Shown: positions 1 to 64,000 of the stretch, piece by piece
Layout: each line of letters starts with the position of its first letter
Position numbering within the stretch: the stretch's first letter is position 1
Source of the DNA: Octopus sinensis
Lineage: Eukaryota
Direction: 5' to 3'
Assembly: GCF_006345805.1 (NCBI RefSeq)
Contig: NC_043005.1
Coordinates: 4,898,001-4,962,000, forward strand
Length of the DNA: 64,000 nucleotides
Position numbers and translations under genes: made by a program
The notes under the pieces: model-generated
Seen by the model: only the letters and a program-made list of their open reading frames with translations
What the model was told of the DNA's origin: nothing
Database searches by the model: none

Positions 1-208
1 GTTTAACAATATCTGAGGGATGAAAGGCAATTCCCCTGTCTTAATGATTGCCATCCCAGTGCACTGCAAAGTAACACCACGAGAAAACAGGAAGCACACA
101 CGCAGAGAATCTTTGTGAATAGCTCAGTAAGTTTGCAGACTCATTCAATCCCATTTAAATCTCTTAAAAACAAACTGCATTTCTACAGAAACAAAACATT
201 TCACATAC

Positions 209-354
209 CTTAAAGGAGGAGTGTTATTGGCAATAATGACCAATTTAGCCTTGCCCTGTCTGATAGTTTTCAGGGCTTGTTTGTAACCGAGCACATATTT
301 ACCACTCTTCATCACCAACGCCAACCTTGAGTTGATGTTCTCAATGGCCTTTTT
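209..354 (-). CDS. RPL30: 60S ribosomal protein L30 (eL30), coding exon 2 (146 bp); gene continues left of the window
   Basis: Minus strand reads [48 protein letters not shown](R), near-identical to eL30; acceptor ttttcttttacttcAG, donor GTatgt. Confidence 0.97.
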
Positions 355-1758
355 CTGAAGTAAAAGAAAATACCATGAAAAAGTTGAACAAAATCCACCA
401 TAAAAATTCTATCATCAAATATTTGAAATATAACAAAATCCACAGAACAATTCATTTTTTACCAACCCACAAATGTTGTTTGCTGACCTTATCAATTGTT
501 ACTTATAATCTTGGCTCCTCAACTGGCTGGACTCGAGCGTCTCCCCACACATCAATAGGGGATCAAACGCAACGGTCCTGGAGGGACAGTGGTACTTATG
601 TACCAGACACTAAGCCATGTCTTTCTTGGCTAGGAAGGCGCTAGTAAGTCGTACATGAGTGATGAAAGCAAACGAAACCAACTGGCACCGAAGGGCAGAC
701 CATCATAGTATATACATTGTAACATTGTTATTATTCCAGACCATTTCTGGGATCGGTATCAGGTTAGTTCAACAGCAAGGCTCCTTCCTTTTAATCTAGA
801 TTACGATTATATCGCAATCAAACCGATCAAAATGGAAATTGTAGTTGTGGCCGATGCCAGTGCCGCCTAACTGGCTCTCGTGCTGGTGGGTCGTTGCCAG
901 CCCACCCGCCCCGACTGGCTCTTGTACGGTGGCACGTAAAAAGCGATCTCGGAGCGGTTGGCGTTAGGAAGGGCATCTAACTGTAGAAACATTGCCAGAT
1001 CAGATTGGGGCCTGGCGATCCCTCCCTGGCTTGTCAGTCCCCAGTCAAACCGCCCAACCCATGCCAGCGTGGAATACGGACGTTAAACGATGATGATATC
1101 GGAATTTGATGAGCGTCTGTAGGGGCGGCGCACAAATACATACTGGCAAATTACATAAAACTTGAAATGTTGAAAAAAATTGTAAAGCGTGGCAGCGTGT
1201 ATGCACGTACGCCCCCCCCCCCATTTCGATATAATCTTAGTCCACACCATTTGAAACGAATTACTGCAAAAAAAAATATATAATTTTTCCGAGTTATTGG
1301 AGTTAACAAGCAACTCTTTGCCAGATTCCCTCTCCGTGAGGTTGTAACAGCCGTTCCGACATTCCGCCGATCTCTCTACGTTAGTCTCCTCATTAGATGA
1401 GCGTAATCATAAGAAACAGTTACCAACTTTTCCAATACACAAATGTAAGGCAAACAATCTGACATTAATACGAGTTATAGACAAACAACGGGAAACTAAT
1501 TCAACGAGAGAATCGTCGGTTGTGAGGCGAGCCACGTGGTCGTGGAAGCATGTGCGTAATTAAGGGCGAGAAGAATTTACGGAAGAGAATGGCAAAAAAA
1601 TAAGGAATTCAGTTGTTTAACACCATGTTATAAGAATCGGACATCCTAATAAATAGTAAAATAAGATCAAGAGGAATATGAAAGGGAAAATGCTTGTATT
1701 GGGTCTTCAGTATTAAAAGGCAGAAGATGGCGATGGAGCGAGTTAAGAGGAAACTTAC

Positions 1759-1779
1759 GGATTTCTTTGGAGGGACCAT
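1759..1779 (-). CDS. RPL30: RPL30 first coding segment MVPPKKS (exon ~1759-1804 including 5'UTR)
   Basis: ATG GTC CCT CCA AAG AAA TCC|GTAAGT; 21 nt, phase 0, joins the 146-bp exon in frame; upstream acceptor ctttcatttcttttatccaccatcAG at 1805-1806. Confidence 0.88.
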
Positions 1780-1924
1780 GGCTATGGTTTCACTTCTACT
1801 CGATCTGATGGTGGATAAAAGAAATGAAAGGTCAATTATCTATTTAATTAATTACAAAAACTGATAGGAAATCGAGGTTAATTAGTGGAAATTAGAGAGA
1901 AACAAACGAGAGAGAATCACTCAC

Positions 1925-1959
1925 ACGACTTGGGTAATGGACGTCAGTGCAGAGAAAGG
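1925..1959 (-). other. RPL30: Putative RPL30 non-coding exon 1 with 5' terminal oligopyrimidine (TOP) start
   Basis: Minus strand CCTTTCTCT at 1959-1951 followed ~35 nt later by donor GTGAGT (1924-1919); typical ribosomal-protein gene start. TSS is inferred. Confidence 0.7.
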
Positions 1960-2118
1960 ACGAGTCGCGGGAGTCTCGCGAGATTTACGCCCGACAAAGT
2001 CTCGCGCTAATCTCGCGTTAAAGTTTGGATTACGAAAACGACGAGAGACGGAGACACAAATAATAATAACTATTTTTTTATTTGTTTACTTTAGGTGTTT
2101 ACTAATTCCACATTTAAG
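1960..2118. promoter_or_regulatory. Bidirectional RPL30/WDR35 promoter with CGCG-element cluster
   Basis: Perfect TCTCGCGAGA at 1974-1983, plus TCGCGGGA 1965-1972, TCTCGCG 2000-2006 and 2011-2017; CpG-rich patch between divergent first exons; TGTTTAC at 2083-2089 and 2096-2102. Confidence 0.75.
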
Positions 2119-56418
<54,300 letters not shown>

Positions 56419-56423
56419 GTAAA

Positions 56424-56477
<54 letters not shown>

Positions 56478-56478
56478 G

Positions 56479-56522
<44 letters not shown>

Positions 56523-56546
56523 GCTGCTGCTGCTGACGCCACCACC

Positions 56547-56577
<31 letters not shown>

Positions 56578-56600
56578 CTATTACTACCACCACCACCACC
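56424..56600. repeat. Compound (CTA)n/(CTG)n/(CCA)n/(CAA)n microsatellite directly after exon 23 donor
   Basis: Direct reading. Confidence 0.95.
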
Positions 56601-57747
56601 GCTATTGCCACCTGTGAAAATCCCACAGATTTCACTAGTAAACACCGAGAGCTTTAGTTGCCTGTAATTACTATGTTAGTGGAGACATTGGTCAGTCTGG
56701 GGCTATTGTAAAAGACACCTGCCTGTGGTGCCATGCAGTGGGACTGAACCTAAAACCATGTGAGTGGGAAGTAAACTTTTCCCTTTTTAACCAGACAACA
56801 GAAATGCAGGCAACTCAAAACCAGGATGATTGGAAACATGTTGCTAAAACAAAGTAGGATATGATTTGAGGGAGATCTGGTGGCTGTTATTTCTAGCATT
56901 TTAAGCAACCACATATAGAGGCTACCTCACTTGTTTGTAATTTAAGCTGTATTTTCTTTGAGAGAATCATTTGGTCAAAGGAACCAGGAATACATAAATA
57001 GTTTCATTAAAATGTGAACTCCTTTCCTCTTAACTCTCTCACACCAGTGCCAAACCTGACATTTTCTAGTTGTTGGTTATGACACCCTTATTACAAGAAT
57101 GACATCTAATTGCATGCTCTGTTACCAGAAATGCTATTTAGGGTGAAAAAAAAACAAGAAAAGAAAAGAAAAAGTTGTTGTAATTGTTGGTGGTGGTGGT
57201 GGCGGTGTCAGCAGCGATGGTGGTAGTAGCAGCAGTGGTATGTTCTCAAATAAGTCCATTATTTTGGAACCTACTTGCAGTCCATGTCTTATTTGACATC
57301 AGAAAACAAACAACACCAACTCGAGTGTTTTGTTTGTTTATTTAGTAAACAAAAATATTTAGTAAACAAAAATATTTGGTAAACAAAAATATTTGGTAAA
57401 CGAAGCCATCCTCTTTATTTATTTATGTGTAATTATGTCAGGTTTATTTCAGTTTTTGTCTTTGGTTTGCGCGATTCTTGATGTGGAGTTGTACACTCTT
57501 TTACTCGTTTCAGTCATTTGATTATGGCCATGCTGGAGCACGGCCTTTTAGGCGAGCAAATCGACCCCGGAACTTGTTCTTTGTAAGCCTAGTACTTATT
57601 CTATTGGTCTCTTTTGCCGAACTGCTAAGTTACGGGGACGTAAACACACCAGCATCGGTTGTCAAGTGATGTTGGGGGGACAAACACAGACACACAAACA
57701 TACACACACACACATACATACATACATACATATATATATATATATAA

Positions 57748-57832
<85 letters not shown>

Positions 57833-59639
57833 TATAGACATACATATATATGACGGGCTTCTTTCAGTTTCTGTCTACCAAATGCACTCACAAGGCTTTG
57901 GTCAGCCCAAGGCTATAGTAGAAGACACTTGCCCAAGGTGCCACGCAGTTGGACTGAACCCAAAACCATGTGGTTCATAAGCAAGCTACTTACCACACAG
58001 ACACTCCTGCGTATGTTGAAACATATTACGTTGTGGGTCAATAAGCCAATAATAATGACTTCCAAAATACAATATAATATCAGGTGTATTTAATGAGAAA
58101 AGGGCCTTTAGATTTATTTTATTTATTTTTTAAATTTTATTTATTTATGCTGTTATTTGTATGTTTGTTTGTTTGTTGTTTTAAATTCTTTTGATTGACA
58201 GCCTCCATTTCAGAAGTAGAGAGGTTGATGAAGATGTTGAAAAGTTTTCAAATTAGATTTGACCTTTAGCCTTTCCCTGAGTCATTCGGTGTAGATGACT
58301 TTGGGATGGAACAGCTGTTACACACAATCAGTCTAGGGACACTTTAAAAACAAATAAAACCAAAAACATCATCCAAACTGATTGATAAATCTTCACTCAT
58401 TAACACACAACAAGACACCACAACTCACTGGATCCTCTTCAGCCTCTTCATTCTCTTCTCCAAAAGGGTTTCCAATATTTTGAAACCTGCAAACAGATTC
58501 ACCTTGTGTAATCTTTATTCTTAGAACTGCAACAGTTTTGAACCCCCTCCCTCTCTGTCTGCAATTTCTTTGCAGGCATGACCATGTGGTTAAGTAGTTC
58601 ACTTCCTAACTACATGGTTTTGGGTTCAGTCCTGCTGCATGACACCTTGGCAAGTGTCTTCTACTATAGCCTGACAATAAACCTTGCTTGTGAAGACCTA
58701 TTGAGGCAAGTGAAATCAAAATCAAAATTGCTGACATGACCAATGACAGTACTGCCTGATTAGCACTTGTCCCAGTGAAATGCTAAAAGCTCATCCGAAC
58801 GTGGGGTGCAACCAGCCCACTTATGAGTACCCCTCATTCATTGGACAATGAACTTTGCTTGCACAGATCTATTGAGGCAAGTGTAAACAAATCGAAATCA
58901 CTGACGTGGCCGATGACAGTAGCTATTTCTTTACTGCCCAGAAGGGGCTACACACAGAGGGGACAAATGGATTAAATCGATTATATCGACCCCAGTACGC
59001 AACTGGTATTTAATTTATCGACCCTGAAAGGATGAAAGGCAAAGTCGACCTCGGTGGAATTTGAACTCAGAACGTAACGGCAAACGAAATACGGCTACGC
59101 ATTTTGCCCAGCATGCTAACGTTTCTGCCAGCTCGCTGTCTTACAGCTGGCCGACGACAGTACCGCCTGATTGGCACTCGTGCCAGTGGAACATTGAAAG
59201 CACATCTGAGCATGTTCATTGTCAGGGTCATGGATTGGCTCCCGTGCTGGTGTCATGCGAAAAGCACCATTTGATCATTGCCAACATCACCCTACCGTCA
59301 CATGAAAAACAACATTTGAGCATGGTTGTTGCCTGTGCTACCAGACTGGCTCCCATACAGGTAGCACGTAAAAAGGCCTTTTTAGTGTGGTCATTGCCAG
59401 AACCACCTGACTGACCCTCATGCCAGTGACACGTAAAAAGCACCCACTACACTCTCGGAGTGGTTGGCGTTAGGAAGGGCATCCACCTGTAGAAACCTGT
59501 AGATCAGATTGGAACCTGGTGCAGCCATCTGGCTCGCCAGTCCTCAGTTAAACAGTCCAACCCATGCCAGCATGGAAAGCGGACATTAAACGATGATGAC
59601 GATGATGATGATGATGATGATGATATGTTTATATATATG

Positions 59640-59685
<46 letters not shown>

Positions 59686-60276
59686 CATGATCATCATTTA
59701 ATGTCCATTGTCCATGCTGGCATGGGTTGGACTATACACACACACACACATCTATATATATATATATGCATGTGTGTGAGTATGTGTGGGGTGCTTGTGT
59801 CTCCTGTCTTCACAGCACATAGATGTAAGCAAGTGCCACCATCATACAAGCTGTGACCTTGTTTTGAAACAGGTGAGGGTTAATGACAGGAAGGGCATCT
59901 GAAGCTGTCTGACCCATACAAGCATGATGTGGACATTAAAATAGGGATGGTAGCAGGGGTGGGTTGGCAATGATGATAATGATGATGGATATATAGTTGC
60001 ATTGGATTCATCAATCTGGGAGGGTTTGCAAAACTGGGTTCTGCCATTTCTCATCAGACTAAAGTGTTAAAATATTAAAAAAAAAAAGACGAAGTAAGCT
60101 TTGAACATATCTTGCTTATCAGAGATTTTCAACAATTGACAACCTATTGTTTGAAACTCTTCAAATGGCCAAGTGCAAAGGACACCCTTTGAAAAGTTAT
60201 TATTACACTCTGCATTAACTTTCCACATCCTGTTGGAAATTTTATCTATTTTTCAAAAAACTCACTCAGTTCTGCA

Positions 60277-60640
60277 ATAATTGGAGAGAAAATATTTAAA
60301 AATGGGTTTGTTTATTGAGATACTTTTATAGAGTATTTATTTGTAGTCAGATTATTGTGAAAATTGGCAAGTATTACAGAAAAGACATTTTTAAAAATGT
60401 AAATAGTTGTTTGTGCTAAAAATGATGATGTGCATGTGTAATTGTTTAATTTATTCCTGTAATAATTGAGCAGAAAATACCTAAAATGGGTTTGAGTATT
60501 TGTACGCTTATGGCATCTTTACTTGTGGTCAGGTTATTGTGAAAATTGGCAGTGTTACGGAAAAGACCTATTTTCTTTGTTTTTTGTTTTAATGTAGATG
60601 GTAGTTTGTGTTAAAAATAATGCTGTGCAATTGTTAATTA
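60277..60640. repeat. Diverged ~185-bp tandem duplication (similar local duplications at ~11100-11420 and ~30480-30870)
   Basis: aataattg...aaaatgggtttg...ttattgtgaaaattggca...gaaaagac occurs twice in register. Confidence 0.75.
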
Positions 60641-61208
60641 GTTACATAATGAAGACTAAAATAGAAGCAGATAAACTAAAAGAAAACAATAAAAAAGATG
60701 TTAGTAACAAATTAAATATAATGAGTAACTGACATGAAGGATGTGCCAACGTCACACATACACAGGCGCAGGGGTGGCTGTGTGGTAAGTAGCTTGCTTA
60801 CCAACCACATAGTTCTGGGTTCAGTCCCACTGCGTGGCATCTTGGGCAAGTGTCTTCTGCTATAGCCCCGGGCCGACCAATGCCTTGTGAGTGGATTTGG
60901 TAGATGGAAACTGAAAGAAGCCTGTCGTATATATGTATATATATATGTATGTGTGTGTGTGCCTGTGTTTGTCCCCCTAGCTTTGCTTGACAACCGATGC
61001 TGGTGTGTTTACGTCCCCATCACTTAGCGGTTCAGCAAAAGAGACCGATAGAATAAGTACTGGGCTTACAAAGAATAAGTCCCAGGGTCGATTTGCTTGA
61101 CTAAAGGCGGTGCTCCAGCATGGCTGCAGTCAGATGACTGAAACAAGTAAAAGAGAAAAGAGTAAAGAGTATACGCAGAGAGAGAGAGAGAAGGAGAGAG
61201 AGGTAAAA

Positions 61209-61564
61209 TCTCTCTATATATAAATGGCAAAATGTCTGTGTGTGTGTGTCCTTTATACAAATCAGTTAAAGGGCTCGCACTTTCTATGGTCATTGAAAAC
61301 CGTCCAAGGGTGGTCGTGCACATCTTTACATTTCCCCAGTCACCCCGCAAAGCCATTAAAAAATCAATAGAAGTGACTTTTTTTGTGAATTTTCTATCCA
61401 AAACCCAATCAAAATGCCCGAAACTTGATACGCCAATTGAATGCCAGCTAGCTGTATGTGATTGGTCAGAGATCTGGACAGTACTCGCGTGTATGTGCGC
61501 ACACACGCAGCTGTATATGCATGCACTAGCACTATGACCTGGCATTGCCGGGTCATAGTGCTAG
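61209..61564 (+). mobile_element. Non-autonomous Helitron with extended terminal hairpin
   Basis: A|TCTCTCTATATATAAA start, (TG)n, CTAG|T end; hairpin 61524-61566. Confidence 0.72.
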
Positions 61565-63151
61565 TGTTTTTATAAAAAACCTACTTCCTTCAAAAACAAC
61601 ATACCCAGGTATACATGGAAGTTTTGATTTTAAAAAAAAGCTCAAAACTCTAAAATGAATTGCAAAAATTCAGTAAGATGTCCATTGATTTTAATAGGAA
61701 ACATTATATAATGTAAAGAATAGATAGAGGAAGGGATTAAAGTTTTCTTCCTTAAAATTAAAGGGTTCATAACTTGCTTTACAATAAAAGAACATGAGCA
61801 AAAAAAGCAAAAAGAAAGGAGGGGCTGTTGATTTGAGTGGTTTCGGGTGAGTTTGGGTGGAGAGATACATGTGCTGGATTCGTGCTGGACAAGATGTGAA
61901 GGGTAAAAAGAGCTGAGTTATAGGTGCAGGTTTATAAGGCTACATGACTAAGAAGCTTGCTTTGCAACCACATGGTTCTGGGTTCAGTCCCACCGTGTGG
62001 CACTTTGGGCAAGTCTCAAGCCAACCAATACCTTGTAATTGAATGTGGTCGATGGAAACTGTGTGGAAGCTGTTGCGTGTGAGTGTCTTTGACCCCCCCC
62101 TTCCCCAACCACCACCATTTTGATAACTGGTGTTGGCTTCTTTATGTCCCATAACTTTGCAGCTCAGCAAAAAGAGAGCAATAGAATAAGTACTGGACTT
62201 ATAAACTTTAGTACTGGGGTTGATTTGTTCAAATAAATTCTTCAAAGTGGTGCCCCAGTATGGCCACAATCCAAGAATTGGACTTCTTTAAATAAGAGAG
62301 AAGATTACTTTAAAATAATATTGTTTTGGGTTTGATTCCCATTGGCTGAAGCCTTTGGCAGAAGCCTTCTGGCCATAGTTTGGTTTACACTGACACTGTA
62401 TGAAAGCTTGTTAGATGACCGGTACCTAATGAGTTGCAGTTTCTCCTTCCTTTCAGCCAGCTGTGATGAAGTTGCTGTAAAGGTTACAGGCTTAGCTCTT
62501 CCTCCAAGACTAAACCATGGCAGAGGGTCGGAAGAAAGAAAACTGTAGTCATTTGCAATTCACTTGAAATGAATGATTATTTGTATTCTGGTCTGAGATG
62601 AAAGCTGCAAAATGCAAATGAATTCCTTAATGAAGGGAAATGTATGAGAGAAAAAAAAATAGCTAAGAGTGTGGTCACGTGACCCATGTCTTTGCAGCAG
62701 ACATTTGCAAAAGTAGCAGAAAAATACAACAACTACAAACAAAACCTGGTAAAGGGCAATATTAATGAGATAATTGACTGCTTAAATGAGAGATGTAGAG
62801 ATAGCTGGCCGGATATAACTTTTTATTTATATATACTGTCACCGTCTTTGTAGGAGTGAATAAAATATCTGATTTTACTTATTGATAGTATTTTTTTATA
62901 ACTAATACTTTAAATAGTGATAATATTAATCATCATCATCATCATTTAATGTGCATCTTCCATGCTGGCATGGGTTGCATAGTTTGACAGGCACTGGCCA
63001 GCTGGAGTGCTGCACCAGGCTCCAATTGTCTGTTTTGGCATGGTTTCTACTGCGGATGACCTTCCTAACACCAACCACTTTACAGAGTGTACTGGATGTT
63101 TTTTATGTGGCACTAGCATGGGAACTTTTTATATGGCATCAGCACAGGTGC

Positions 63152-63185
<34 letters not shown>

Positions 63186-63364
63186 TAACAAAGGTCTCAG
63201 ATGTTTGTACAAGGCCAGAAATCTTGGGGGATGGGGTAAGTCAATTACATGGATCCCAGTACTCAACTGGTATTTATTTTATCAACCCCAAAAGGATGAA
63301 AGATAAACTCAACCTTGGTGAAATTTGAACTCAAAATGTATAGATGGACAAAATGTCACTAAGG

Positions 63365-63407
<43 letters not shown>

Positions 63408-64000
63408 GTCGTCGTCGTTGTCATCGTTTAATGTCCATTTTCCATGTTGGCATAGGTTGTACGGTTTGACTGGGGACTGGCAAACCAGGATGCCTCGCCA
63501 TGTTTCTACAGCTGGATGCCCTTCCTAATGCCAACCACTCTGAGAGTGTAGTGGGTGCTTTTTACATGTCACCGACACAGGAGCCAGTCATGTGGCACTG
63601 GCATCAGCCACATTTGGGATGGAGCTTTTTACGTGCCATTGGCATGGGGAGCTGGTCAGACGGCACTGGTTTTGAATTTTGACACAAGGCCAGCAGTTTT
63701 GTAGGAGGGTCCAAGTTGATTAAATTGACCCCAGTGTCCAGCTGGTACTTATTTTATTGACCCTGAAAGGATGAAAAGCAAATTGACCTCAGCAGAATTT
63801 GAACTCAGAATGTAAAGATAGAAGAAATGCCACCAAGCATTTTGCCCGGCGTACCAACAGCCCTGCCAGTTTGCTGCCTTAAATAATGATGATGATGATG
63901 ATGATAATAATGAATTGCAGCTTTGAATTAGAGTTTTTCCTCTACAAGTTTTGCTAACATGAAAAAAAAAAAGCTACATTAAAAAAAAAACACATTTTCT

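Noticed and set aside
568-584. Minus-strand CCTCCAGGACCGTTGC resembling the U2 snRNA 3' end
   Set aside because: Only ~16 nt; the rest of U2 (5' end, Sm site) is absent.
375-644. 89-aa plus-strand ORF and 61-aa ORF at 1937-2122
   Set aside because: Antisense to an RPL30 intron or spanning the promoter; no recognisable homology.
56419-64000. Search for WDR35 exon 24 (expected ...AVQYY...ECYY.LEDY...)
   Set aside because: No matching frame with splice sites found by eye; it presumably lies beyond the window.

Overview
Eukaryotic, AT-rich, microsatellite- and SINE-dense genomic DNA; the repeat families look like those of an octopus (inference from recalled repeat sequence, not a database hit). 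Two genes sit head-to-head around a ~160-bp CpG-rich promoter. On the minus strand is the 5' part of RPL30 (5'TOP exon, MVPPKKS exon, 146-bp exon; runs off the left edge). On the plus strand are the first 23 coding exons of WDR35/IFT121 (2119-56418, 2390 nt, ~797 codons, all GT-AG, frame continuous; the gene continues past the right edge). Almost all ORFs in the supplied track are artefacts of simple repeats and SINEs. The introns hold RTE, CR1 and Penelope-like fragments, a decayed Tc1/mariner, piggyBac-type MITEs, non-autonomous Helitrons and several tRNA-derived SINE families. Most notable: (1) four hammerhead-ribozyme motifs of three families, all antisense to WDR35, one downstream of a Pol III B-box; (2) the commonest 'SINE' is the 3' UTR of an RTE LINE and carries variable, hierarchical arrays of ~62-bp hairpin units; (3) tail-to-tail copies form long intronic palindromes; (4) a CGCG-element bidirectional promoter with forkhead and X-box motifs on the WDR35 side; (5) structured islands in RPL30 introns.
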